Below, piece after piece: positions 1 to 8,290 of a stretch of 26,249 nt of DNA. Every line of letters starts with the position of its first letter. The stretch's first letter is position 1. Source of the stretch: a virus (taxonomy: Duplodnaviria; Heunggongvirae; Uroviricota; Caudoviricetes); the IMG/VR virus record IMGVR_UViG_3300029517_000214, positions 1 to 26,249 of that record; one strand, given 5' to 3'. The position numbers and the translations under genes were made by a program. The notes beneath the pieces are model-generated. The model made no database searches and was not told the origin of the DNA. It saw only the letters and a program-made list of their open reading frames with translations.

Positions 1-1329
1 TCATTGCACTGGCACCTTCAGAGGGATCACCGGCACAAAGCCGGGATGCGTAATGGCATTACGCCGGATAATGTCCGCGTCACGCGCCGCGTTATCAAAC
101 CAGGTCGCCGCCAGCACCAGCGCGGGTAAAACCTCATCCGGCGTGCGCTGAATGATCCGTGCAGACTGTTCAAGGCGCGTGTTGATATCCGCATTCAGAT
201 CTGCTTTCACCCGGCGCAGCGCCAGAAACAGCGCATCACTGGTTGTACGGGACAACTCCTTATCAGTTGCCGTATTCAGTGTGTCGCGAATGTCGGTCAG
301 TTCTTCCCACGTTGGCAGGTCAACCGTGTTTTTTACCGCCGGTGCATTGTTCAGCACCGGATGCGTGACGGCAGGCCAGCCGGAGCTCTGCGCGGGTGTT
401 GTTGACTGCCCCACTGCGGCATTCTGCATCACCGCAGAAGTTGTTGGCGCAGGCAATCGGGTAACGGCATACGCCGCTTCGCTGATTGCAGTCGTACGAA
501 GGGTGCTGGCAACCATGTTACGCTGCTGCGTCGCTGTGGCGGTGGTTTTACTGTCCGTTTTCCAGACGCCGCGCGGTTGCAAATCGCTGCCGAGGCTGAC
601 ACCAGAAAGCGTTTTGATCATGGTGACCAGGTCGCTGGCGTTACCATAAAGGCGTTTCCCGGTACGCCACATTTTCTGCACCTGTTCAACGAAATTTTTG
701 CCTGACGATGGCGGCGGCAGAAGTACCGAGATATCCCCCTGCAACAGCCTGGCGGCATCCGATACGGCAGAATCCACCACTTTCATCGCATCAGAAACAT
801 ACCCCAGCATTATGCTGGCATTACCGATAACGTCGTTCTGCACGAAATCCGCCACACCATCGATACTGAAACCGCTGAAGCTGTCACTGATGCAGTCATC
901 CAGTGCAGAACAGGATGACATCAGCGTCTGCGCCGTCGCCGCACCTGATGTGGGGTAAGAGAGTTCTCCTGCTTCGACAAACTTCAGGTCAAAGCGGACA
1001 ATACGCCCTTCACTTTTCGATGTGCTGACCCGAACTTCCCCGTCAACACAGACTTTCAGCTCACCATATGTCGGGTGGACAAGCGTGCCGGGACCTGGTT
1101 TATTCAGCGCTTCAATCAGGCGATCGCGCTGGTCAAAGCAGTCATCTCCCACCACATAAGCCGTGATGGACGGGCGAAAAGTGATTTTCCCCAGGTCTTC
1201 GGTATAGGGTTTGTCGCGGTTCGGGTATTCATGTGTTTCCACACGGCGACCGGTTCCCGCACTTTCTTCTTCAACCTTAAACGGCACGCCGCGAAATGAC
1301 GCGTCCTGAAGCCTGTCTTTCCACGTCAT
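1..1329 (-). CDS. Mu-type DNA circulation protein (gp43/N-like), tail/baseplate-associated
   Basis: Complete 442-aa ORF with stop at 1..3. N-terminal MTWKDRLQDASFRGVPF resembles the DNA circulation N-terminal domain of Mu-like tail modules. Sits downstream of the tape measure as in Mu/SfV tails. Confidence 0.6.
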   Translation of the reverse strand: MTWKDRLQDASFRGVPFKVEEESAGTGRRVETHEYPNRDKPYTEDLGKITFRPSITAYVVGDDCFDQRDRLIEALNKPGPGTLVHPTYGELKVCVDGEVRVSTSKSEGRIVRFDLKFVEAGELSYPTSGAATAQTLMSSCSALDDCISDSFSGFSIDGVADFVQNDVIGNASIMLGYVSDAMKVVDSAVSDAARLLQGDISVLLPPPSSGKNFVEQVQKMWRTGKRLYGNASDLVTMIKTLSGVSLGSDLQPRGVWKTDSKTTATATQQRNMVASTLRTTAISEAAYAVTRLPAPTTSAVMQNAAVGQSTTPAQSSGWPAVTHPVLNNAPAVKNTVDLPTWEELTDIRDTLNTATDKELSRTTSDALFLALRRVKADLNADINTRLEQSARIIQRTPDEVLPALVLAATWFDNAARDADIIRRNAITHPGFVPVIPLKVPVQ

Positions 1330-1340
1330 ATATACTCCGA

Positions 1341-1370
1341 AAATTAAAAAGCCACCTATTAGAAGGTGGC
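1341..1370 (-). terminator. Rho-independent terminator for the moron gene
   Basis: Minus strand reads GCCACCT-TCTAAT-AGGTGGC (7-bp stem, plus 1351..1370) followed by TTTTTAATTTT (plus 1341..1350), 21 nt after the stop of ORF 1391..1921. Confidence 0.5.
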
Positions 1371-1390
1371 CTTGTAATGAATTTTATTAA

Positions 1391-1921
1391 TTAGCGAGTC
1401 AGAAACAACGAATCTTTATACTTTTGCTGTTGTTCATTTAAATACTTAGCTGTTTCATCGCTGGCAAATGGAAATATTACCGTATTTTTAGGCATGGTAA
1501 TTTCTTTTTTGTCCAGCGTCAGAGTAAACATAGGAACATACTGAGCAGAGTAACGCACCGCAGAAACGAGCTCTAGTTTAGACTCTTCAATAACACTTAA
1601 ATTATCCAGGCTAACTTTCTCTTCATCTTTTTTCTTTGACGCATTTAAAGTTTTTATTACTTTATTTAATTTCTCCTGAAAATCCTCCTTAAAGTTTTCA
1701 GGATTGCCGTCGACAACAAGAATCTGTTCACCCTGATTATCTGGAAAAATAATCTTTGCACTTATCAATTTATTTTCTTTATAAACATCACCAAGTTTTA
1801 TGGCTCCTCCAGATAACTGAATAATATGTTCATCTTTAAAGGAGATGTTGCCAGAGATTATGAGAGATGAAAAAATAGCCGCTGCTCCAAGAATTACACT
1901 TGCTGTGATATAGCCTTTCAT
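1391..1921 (-). CDS. Secreted/periplasmic hypothetical protein (moron inside tail operon)
   Basis: 176-aa ORF in a visibly AT-rich island. N-terminal hydrophobic signal-like segment MKGYITASVILGAAAIFSSLIISG with no lipobox cysteine. Flanked by its own promoter-like hexamers and a terminator. Confidence 0.6.
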   Translation of the reverse strand: MKGYITASVILGAAAIFSSLIISGNISFKDEHIIQLSGGAIKLGDVYKENKLISAKIIFPDNQGEQILVVDGNPENFKEDFQEKLNKVIKTLNASKKKDEEKVSLDNLSVIEESKLELVSAVRYSAQYVPMFTLTLDKKEITMPKNTVIFPFASDETAKYLNEQQQKYKDSLFLTR

Positions 1922-1956
1922 TTTTCGCCTATTAACATTTTTCTAAATGTGCATTA

Positions 1957-1984
1957 ATTCTATCACTCTATTTATGACTTACAA
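1957..1984 (-). promoter_or_regulatory. Candidate sigma70 promoter for the moron
   Basis: Minus strand TTGTAA (plus 1979..1984), 16-nt spacer, TAGAAT (plus 1957..1962), about 35 nt upstream of the ATG at 1921. Confidence 0.3.
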
Positions 1985-2012
1985 CCAGCAATACCTGTGA
2001 GGGGAATCCTGG

Positions 2013-3845
2013 CTACCAAAATCGGGTATAGCCAACATCGTGATTTATATCAATGCCACTGGAGCGTGTTTCCGTAACCCGCATACCTGGTGGCATATTT
2101 ATAAATGATACCTTGATCTCACCATCAACTTTTGGCGCGGTAGCTTTATTAATCATGAAGGGATTCGGACCTGTGGCACCGGAGGCGTTGTTTGCCTGAG
2201 CCGGATCCACCTCCGGATAAGGAGTGTATCCCCGTGGCGGTATTCCCGTCCCATAAGCATCATAAGCACCCGCGCCCCACTGCGCCGAGTTAATGGCATC
2301 GACCGTGTCACCGGAACTGTCGGTAAACCATTCAATAATCGGCTTCAGCTTATCCCACATATCCTGAAACCACTTAACAACCGGTCCCCAGTTATTGATC
2401 ACCATCCCCAGCGGCGACCAGGCAAAAACCTTCTTCAGAAGTTCCCAGCCAGCCTCAAAATAAGGACTAATGGTTTCCCAGAGCTTCTTAAAATAAGGTC
2501 CGACAACATCCCAGTTAGTGATAATTAATCCCGCAGCCAGGGCTATCGCCGTCGCAATCATGCCAATCGGCGTCATCGACATGATCCTGCTGACGATACT
2601 GATGGCACTGCCCACGCCCATCAATCCCAGTTTCAGAATCGCAAGACCGGCAGCAAGCCCGACGACGCCGCGAATAACCCGGGGATTTTCATCCGCAAAC
2701 TTCGTGAATTTTTCCCCTAACTCCCCCAGCCATTGCGTGATATTTTTGACGTCACCAGAAAATGCGCCGCCAATAGCCGCAAGGCCGTTAGTTGCGGTCC
2801 CCGTCATTGCCTCCCACAGGTTGGACAGCGTACCAAGCTGGGCCTGAACACGTTTATTCAGGCTGGCCTGTTTATTCATCTTCTGCTGGATCTGATCGTA
2901 ACCATCCTTTCCTTTATCGATCAGAGCATTGACCACCTGAAGGGTTTCGGCATCATCACCAAATATTGCCTTAAGTACACCGGTTCGCTTAACGTCGGTC
3001 AGTTTTCGCAGCTTTGCCAGTTGCCTGAACATGTTATCAAGACCGCCAAAACTCCCTTTGCCGTCAGTAAAATCGAGCTGTACCCCGAGTTTCTGGCGGG
3101 CCATAACTTTATTAACGTCCCTGATTTTCTTAACGCTTAATCCGGACTGGATAACTTTTCGCAGGGCATTACCTGCCGACTCCCCGTTCATCCCCATCTG
3201 ATCCATCATGACGCTGATGGGGGCAAGGCTCTGTGCAGCCTGAAGACCGTCCTTGTTCACCATCTTCAGAACAGAACTGGTTTTAGTGAAGAAGGACAAC
3301 ATGTTGGTATCGTCAACGCCCAGATAAAACGCCTTCTGGATAGTGTCGAACAGCCCCATCATGTCTTCTGACGCCGTTCCGGTAGCATCCTGCATCTTTG
3401 CAGCAAACTCAGCAGCCGCTTCCGGTGTTTTTTTCAGTTGTACCGCAAGATAAGCTGTCGCTTTACCCACACCGCCAAGAATATTTTCTGCCGGGATCCC
3501 CTGACGCACCAGCATCTGCATCATGTTCTGGAAATCAGCCGTTGTACCGGGTAGCTGGTTACCCAGGCCAATAGCCAGTTTATTGATGTCCTGAAAGCTC
3601 TTTCCGACCTCGCCGTTCGCATCCATCATGGCGACTTTCAGCCCGGTGGCGGCGTTTTCCTGATCGGCATAAGATTTCAGGGAAAGCGTCAGACCCGCTG
3701 CCAGTCCGCCACCAAGCGCCAGCCCACCCTGTGATGCTTCTTCCGCCTGGCGTTTAAATCCCCGGATTTTCTTTTGCATTTTCGACAGCGCGGGAGAAAG
3801 TCTGTCGACACCGGTGATCAACGCCTTAAGCTCAAATTCAGCCAT
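2013..3845 (-). CDS. Tail tape measure protein
   Basis: 610-aa ORF with Ala/Gly-rich helical N-terminus, internal hydrophobic segment and Trp-rich C-terminal repeats (WDVVGPYFKKLWETISPYFEAGWELLKKVFAW). Lies directly after the frameshifted chaperone pair. Confidence 0.8.
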   Translation of the reverse strand: MAEFELKALITGVDRLSPALSKMQKKIRGFKRQAEEASQGGLALGGGLAAGLTLSLKSYADQENAATGLKVAMMDANGEVGKSFQDINKLAIGLGNQLPGTTADFQNMMQMLVRQGIPAENILGGVGKATAYLAVQLKKTPEAAAEFAAKMQDATGTASEDMMGLFDTIQKAFYLGVDDTNMLSFFTKTSSVLKMVNKDGLQAAQSLAPISVMMDQMGMNGESAGNALRKVIQSGLSVKKIRDVNKVMARQKLGVQLDFTDGKGSFGGLDNMFRQLAKLRKLTDVKRTGVLKAIFGDDAETLQVVNALIDKGKDGYDQIQQKMNKQASLNKRVQAQLGTLSNLWEAMTGTATNGLAAIGGAFSGDVKNITQWLGELGEKFTKFADENPRVIRGVVGLAAGLAILKLGLMGVGSAISIVSRIMSMTPIGMIATAIALAAGLIITNWDVVGPYFKKLWETISPYFEAGWELLKKVFAWSPLGMVINNWGPVVKWFQDMWDKLKPIIEWFTDSSGDTVDAINSAQWGAGAYDAYGTGIPPRGYTPYPEVDPAQANNASGATGPNPFMINKATAPKVDGEIKVSFINMPPGMRVTETRSSGIDINHDVGYTRFW

Positions 3846-4256
3846 GTGTGCGTTTCTCCTGCTCTATCCTGTTTGCCTGACTGACCAGCAAGGGAATTTC
3901 ACTGATCGGCATATTCAGCAATTCGAAAGGATTAATGCGCCAGTAACTGGCGCAGTCAAAGAAGCGATCAGTGAGGTATTCAGCCGTCAGGCCTGGAGGA
4001 AAAAACCGGCCACAAGCCACGCCGCTGCATTCAGGTCTGCCGGAGACATCTGGTCGACAGAGTTTTGCGGCACTTTCGCCAGCCGCACAATGTATTTCGA
4101 TACCACATGCGCCAGAAGTCTGACTGACTCATCCTGATTCATCTGGTAGGGATACCCCAGCTCGCGGACATCTTTCCCGGTGGGCTCATCAAACTCAAGT
4201 ACGGAGAGTGTCTCGCCATGAGCAGTAATCGGTTTCTTTAACTCAAGCTCTTTCAT
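3838..4256 (-). CDS. Tail assembly chaperone -1 frameshift fusion product (GT-like)
   Basis: The -1 frame is open from 4020 to 3838 and reads FFPPGLTAEY... straight after the slippery heptamer at 3999..4005. Fusion stop at 3838..3840 abuts the tape measure start at 3845. Confidence 0.5.
3987..4256 (-). CDS. Tail assembly chaperone (G-like, zero-frame product)
   Basis: 89-aa ORF between tube and tape measure genes, ending ...AGFFLQA across a TTTTTTC slippery heptamer. Confidence 0.6.
   Translation of the reverse strand: MKELELKKPITAHGETLSVLEFDEPTGKDVRELGYPYQMNQDESVRLLAHVVSKYIVRLAKVPQNSVDQMSPADLNAAAWLVAGFFLQA
3999..4005 (-). promoter_or_regulatory. Programmed -1 ribosomal frameshift slippery heptamer T_TTT_TTC
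   Basis: Zero-frame codons GGT TTT TTC give the X_XXY_YYZ pattern; a downstream -1 ORF of 53 codons follows. Confidence 0.55.
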
Positions 4257-4612
4257 TACTGGTAATCCCCTTCTTCACCGTGGAACTCAAGATCAACCGT
4301 GCCTTCTTCGGCATTATGGTTCGCTTCGCCGTGCAGCCAGGCAGACGACAGTACATAGACCTGACCGTTCGCCAGCTCGGCAGTGATGGTCATCTCATCA
4401 GACGAGGTGATTTTGCTCACCGGAAAATTCTTCGGCACCTTGAAGGTCCCTTTGACATAGGGCGCACGGTGAGTTTCCTTGCGGTCCACTGAACCGTCCA
4501 GGCCGATGATGTCATCATTGACCGTCCTGTTCATGGGCACCTCAATGCCGCCGGTCAGCGATAGCTGCTGACCGTCAATTTTGAAATAACAGGTTCCCCC
4601 GATACGGGCCAT
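4256..4612 (-). CDS. Tail tube protein (Mu gpM-like)
   Basis: 118-aa ORF translationally coupled to the sheath gene (shared coordinate 4612) and followed by chaperone and tape measure; size and position fit a contractile-tail tube. Confidence 0.65.
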   Translation of the reverse strand: MARIGGTCYFKIDGQQLSLTGGIEVPMNRTVNDDIIGLDGSVDRKETHRAPYVKGTFKVPKNFPVSKITSSDEMTITAELANGQVYVLSSAWLHGEANHNAEEGTVDLEFHGEEGDYQ

Positions 4613-6108
4613 TATGCAGACTCCTCTGAATACTGAAGACGGAACTGGTTAACCACGGCAAAGACACGCAACTGGTTAACATAGTCAGGCGGGAACAGCG
4701 TGTTCAGGCGGTTCGGATCGCTGGCATCACGCTCCACAACCAGGTACTGCTTAAACAGTTCGTAGTTTTCCACGATCCCCGCACGCTCAAGCTGACGGTA
4801 GGTTGCCAGCAGTTCCCCTTTGATCACCGCCGGGGTGACAATCGCCTGACCGGGACCAAAGCGGGTACCGTCACTGGCAAGCTTGTGACGCCCGTACTTA
4901 CTGGTAATGACGGATTTCAGTTTGCGCAGTACATACGCGCTGGTATGCAGTGTCTCACTGTCGAGGTAGCTGTTATCCGCAACCCCGTAAGCGTTTTTCC
5001 TGTACGTGGTGACATCACGCTGAATGCGCAGTACCCCGCTTTCGACATACGCCGTTGCCACGCCATGAGACAGCAGGGTCTGTTGTTCGGTCATCGTGAA
5101 CCGTTTCCCCTTCGGCGCAGGCAGCATACCCACCAGCTCACCGGTCTGCGTGGGACGTGCCGGATCGTTGCGAATAAACACCGCTGCGCGGGCGGTACGG
5201 CTTGCCGCCAGTTCGTCGGCAGGCGTCTGGGTCTCTTTTTCGTACCCCGCCAGGGTAATGTGCTGCTGGTTAAACTGGTCACCTGCGGTCACCAGTTCTG
5301 ACAGCGTGCCGATCTTTGCCGTATACACATGACCATACAGCTGACGCGCATAGCTCCAGCGACCGCTGGTATCGTTCATCTCGGTCACCAGCGTGTTAAC
5401 GGAGGCCGTGTCGTTGAACGGCAGGCCGATATAATCAAACGGCTCATCCGCCATTGCAGCCACCGCGCCGGTGAGAACCGGAGCACCCGTTCCGGCGGTA
5501 CCCGTCGCCACGGCAATCTGTACGCCCGCTGGCAGCACTTCGCCCCCACCAAAGCCGTAGTAATTGAGGCTGACAGGAATTTCATTCCCGCAAAGCCCCT
5601 TATGACGCGCGGTCAGTGTGACCACACCTGCCGAAGATGAAGCCGTAAACGGCAGGGCCGGAACGGCATTGATGGCATCTTTGATACTGCTGGCAATCGT
5701 CGTGACGTTATCGCCGTTGGTCACCGGAGCCTGCACGCGGGTACGTCCCACATAGACATTCACCGTGCCGCTTTCGGTTGCTTCCCCGGTCACCGTCAGC
5801 GTAACCGTTGCCGCCGCGCCTGTGGCTTCCGGAACGGCAATCACATACAGCTCACCAAACGGGTCGGTCTGGCGATAAGCCTCGACCATACGCGCCAGCT
5901 GACTTCCCGCACCACAAATCTGGCGTGCATAGTCTGCCGACGGCATCAGCACCAGACTGTTGGCAACAATCTCTGCACCGTTACTGGCATGACCAATCAG
6001 CAGCGATGCTCCGCTGTCCTGTGCAGTATTCGCCGCCTGGTTATCCATTTCCGCATAAAACAGCGGAACCAGCGTATTCGACGGAATGGTGTTAAAGCTT
6101 ATCGTCAT
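4612..6108 (-). CDS. Tail sheath protein (Mu gpL-like)
   Basis: 498-aa ORF immediately upstream of tube/chaperone/tape measure; length and context typical of a contractile sheath. Confidence 0.75.
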   Translation of the reverse strand: MTISFNTIPSNTLVPLFYAEMDNQAANTAQDSGASLLIGHASNGAEIVANSLVLMPSADYARQICGAGSQLARMVEAYRQTDPFGELYVIAVPEATGAAATVTLTVTGEATESGTVNVYVGRTRVQAPVTNGDNVTTIASSIKDAINAVPALPFTASSSAGVVTLTARHKGLCGNEIPVSLNYYGFGGGEVLPAGVQIAVATGTAGTGAPVLTGAVAAMADEPFDYIGLPFNDTASVNTLVTEMNDTSGRWSYARQLYGHVYTAKIGTLSELVTAGDQFNQQHITLAGYEKETQTPADELAASRTARAAVFIRNDPARPTQTGELVGMLPAPKGKRFTMTEQQTLLSHGVATAYVESGVLRIQRDVTTYRKNAYGVADNSYLDSETLHTSAYVLRKLKSVITSKYGRHKLASDGTRFGPGQAIVTPAVIKGELLATYRQLERAGIVENYELFKQYLVVERDASDPNRLNTLFPPDYVNQLRVFAVVNQFRLQYSEESA

Positions 6109-6252
6109 CGGTGTTCACCTTTTTATTCACGCGCCGGATATCACCAGCTGCTTCACGGCGCAGCCAGTAGTTGTTCTCGTCAACATTTCGCCCTTCGGCG
6201 GGCAAAAGGTCGCTGCGGGCAGGGTCAGGCACTGACCGCCCTTTAACAGGTT
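6082..6252 (-). CDS. Small hypothetical protein (below the ORF-track cutoff)
   Basis: Hand-translated 56 codons from ATG at 6252 (MFVKPVKGRSVPDPARSDLL...KKVNTDDDKL); fills the gap between 6271 and the sheath gene and overlaps the sheath start by 27 nt. Confidence 0.25.
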
Positions 6253-6270
6253 TCACAAACATGAGGATCC

Positions 6271-6831
6271 TCAGGAAGGAATGGTTATTTCTGTGTGATG
6301 TTCGATATCGCCGTCAGGCCCGTTACCGGGATCGAGATAATCAACATCAATCGCCAGCGTTTGCAGTTCATCCAGACTGTTCAGATCATCCTGCTGGCGG
6401 GTATCGTCTTCAGTCAGCTCGCTGATGACCGAAAAATCGAACTGATAAATCAGCTCATGACGATTCAGATCCAGCAGCGTGCCGCCGTCATAGGTAATCG
6501 GGTTACCGCACGCCTCCGGGTTCCAGCCCAGCAGAGCCTTAAAGAGCATCTGCCGGACATCGTCCACCACATCATACGAGGCAAACTGACCGCGCTCATC
6601 ACGCCCGTTACTCAGTATGACAATCACGGAGAAACCCTCTTTCAGCGCCTGCCAGTAGTCGGTCTGGCTTTTGTTTTCTCCCGGAGAATCATCACCCGGT
6701 ACAACATATGCCGCCGGGAGTTTCAGCTTTCCGACCTCCGGCAGATTTTTGAACTGGGCCGCACCTGCAACCCGGTTTTCAAAATACGGACAGCGGGCAC
6801 GCAGTGCAGCAATAACAGGCGTCAGTTTCAT
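6271..6831 (-). CDS. Putative tail completion/terminator-type protein (head-tail junction module)
   Basis: 186-aa ORF, ATGA-type coupling with the upstream gene at 6828..6831; call is by position between head-tail joining genes and the sheath. Confidence 0.4.
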   Translation of the reverse strand: MKLTPVIAALRARCPYFENRVAGAAQFKNLPEVGKLKLPAAYVVPGDDSPGENKSQTDYWQALKEGFSVIVILSNGRDERGQFASYDVVDDVRQMLFKALLGWNPEACGNPITYDGGTLLDLNRHELIYQFDFSVISELTEDDTRQQDDLNSLDELQTLAIDVDYLDPGNGPDGDIEHHTEITIPS

Positions 6832-7334
6832 CTGTGTCGTCGCTCCGGCTTCAGTGATTTACGCAATTCCCGCGCCAGAAAATAGCGTGTCCAGCTGCGG
6901 TTCTTTTCAAGCGTTTCCATCATGAAGTTATTACGTGGAGCCAGTCGCCAGCCGCTGCCACCGGATGCACCACGATGATGGCTGCGACGACGCTTTGCCC
7001 CTCGCCTCACTCCATAGAACAAAAAAGCCGGATAAAAATCACCAGTGATACGGCGGTTTCCCTCTCCATTACGCTGGTTAGGGGCTATACGTGCCATAAA
7101 ACCAGGGCGATGTTTACTGGCTCTGGGTACCATGTAACCAATCGAACGAGCCAGGCGTCCGGTCTGATAACCGGGGTTTTCACCCGGTGCCGACCGCGCA
7201 CGGCGCATCACCAGCCGACGGGCATCACGCATATGACGCTGACCAATCGTGACAAACGCCCGCCGGACACGGGCGCGGTTAAAGCGCATCTCCGTGGGCT
7301 GCTGAAAATCAACGTGCAAAAAGGAAGTCGCCAT
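6828..7334 (-). CDS. HK97 gp10-like tail component protein
   Basis: Arg-rich basic protein in the head-tail joining block. Start uncertain; an internal Met (MRFNRARV) near 7289 would remove the overlap with the upstream gene. Confidence 0.45.
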   Translation of the reverse strand: MATSFLHVDFQQPTEMRFNRARVRRAFVTIGQRHMRDARRLVMRRARSAPGENPGYQTGRLARSIGYMVPRASKHRPGFMARIAPNQRNGEGNRRITGDFYPAFLFYGVRRGAKRRRSHHRGASGGSGWRLAPRNNFMMETLEKNRSWTRYFLARELRKSLKPERRHR

Positions 7335-7719
7335 TGCTGCCTCCGTGACTCTGCCTACATTCGCCCAGCTCCGTACACTCCAGCAGCAGAAAGCGCCGCG
7401 CTCCGTTCAGATCGCGCTGACGTTTCACCCGGTACACACTGTCACCGCAGACCACCTCATAATCAGCAGTGATCCCCCGGCGGTAACGAATGGTGATGTA
7501 ATGGGTGATGGCGTCTCCGGTCTGCGCGGTTTCCTGCCAGGTGGTGGCACTGGTCTGGATAACCTTCGCCCATGTACTGAACGCAACCGGGTATTGAGGC
7601 TCCACGCCAAAGTTATCTGCGGGCATATCCACCCGCTGGCGGATCAGGACGCGTTTATTCAGTTCACCGGGGTCCGGCAGAATGTAGGTTGCGCTGGTCT
7701 GTGCCTGGCTAATTTTCAT
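7309..7719 (-). CDS. Head closure / head-tail joining protein
   Basis: 136-aa ORF with 4-nt overlap to the gp6-like connector gene; position typical of HK97-type head completion genes. Confidence 0.5.
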   Translation of the reverse strand: MKISQAQTSATYILPDPGELNKRVLIRQRVDMPADNFGVEPQYPVAFSTWAKVIQTSATTWQETAQTGDAITHYITIRYRRGITADYEVVCGDSVYRVKRQRDLNGARRFLLLECTELGECRQSHGGSNGDFLFAR

Positions 7720-8045
7720 TGCGGAAAGTACCTGTACGGGCTGACAAGCCAGCCAAAACTCTGCGGCATGTCGAGTTTCTCCACTTCCGTAACCGACGAG
7801 CGGTTTTCGTAAAAGTGGCTGATAAGCATCAGCATCCCAAGACGAATATCATCCGGCAGGTGCAGCCCGTCCGGATCGCTGTCCGGAATGGATTCATCCG
7901 GTGCATAGAGCTTCCGGTTCAGATACGTTTCCGTCCGCTTTTGCGCCGCACAGGCCAGCAGTTGCAGATGGCGGTCATCGGCATCGAAATCCTCATCCAG
8001 CCGGAGTTGGGCTTTAATCTCTTCCAGTGTCAGAAGCATTCTCAT
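7716..8045 (-). CDS. gp6-like head-tail connector protein
   Basis: N-terminus LTLEEIKAQLRLDEDFDADDRHLQLLACAAQKRTETYLNRKL matches the characteristic gp6-like connector pattern. Confidence 0.65.
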   Translation of the reverse strand: MRMLLTLEEIKAQLRLDEDFDADDRHLQLLACAAQKRTETYLNRKLYAPDESIPDSDPDGLHLPDDIRLGMLMLISHFYENRSSVTEVEKLDMPQSFGWLVSPYRYFPQ

Positions 8046-8241
8046 CCCTCTTTACTGGCCGTGGCTTTTTCTCTTTTGCCGCTTTACTGCTTTTTGCACT
8101 GGTTCCGCGCTCTGCTAACCCGGCCTGAAGTGCAATCTCCTGCACCCGGGCAGGAAGCGCCCCGTCGTCATACTCACCGGCCCTAATAACCTCAACACGC
8201 ATACCGTCCGGTGACCATTTAAGATCTTGTTTCAGGATCAT
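8014..8241 (-). CDS. Small hypothetical head-module protein
   Basis: 75-aa ORF between major capsid and connector genes with a purine-rich RBS-like stretch upstream of ATG 8241. Confidence 0.35.
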   Translation of the reverse strand: MILKQDLKWSPDGMRVEVIRAGEYDDGALPARVQEIALQAGLAERGTSAKSSKAAKEKKPRPVKRDENASDTGRD

Positions 8242-8264
8242 GATTCTTCACCCTTCAGAACAGG

Positions 8265-8282
8265 GGGCGCGGAACCGCGCCC
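8265..8282 (-). other. GC-rich hairpin just downstream of the major capsid gene
   Basis: GGGCGCGG / CCGCGCCC perfect 8-bp inverted repeat separated by AA, 9 nt after the capsid stop; no U-tract follows. Confidence 0.35.
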
Positions 8283-8290
8283 ATGAGCGA

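Noticed and set aside
152-958. Plus-strand ORFs 152..649 and 698..958
   Set aside because: Lie entirely antisense within the 442-aa DNA circulation gene; low-complexity Ala/Ser/Val-rich translations typical of antisense frames in GC-rich coding DNA.
2518-3140. Plus-strand ORFs 2518..2847 and 2733..3140, and minus-strand ORF 2153..2335
   Set aside because: Embedded in or antisense to the tape measure gene, which has the coherent long frame; no independent start signals.
3838-4020. 60-aa ORF listed as an independent gene
   Set aside because: Its Met is not a plausible start; the frame is the -1 extension of the tail assembly chaperone reached through the TTTTTTC slippery site, so it is reported as a frameshift fusion instead.
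4885-6246. Multiple plus- and minus-strand ORFs inside the sheath gene (4885..5301, 5091..5282, 5096..5332, 5329..5640, 5385..5585, 5808..6095, 5989..6246)
   Set aside because: Overlapping or antisense frames within the 498-aa sheath ORF; Arg/Cys-rich translations with no domain-like features.
6295-7472. Plus-strand ORFs 6295..6885, 6671..6925, 6975..7472 and 7345..7812
   Set aside because: Antisense to the tightly coupled head-tail joining genes, which have ATGA-type overlaps and better protein-like composition.
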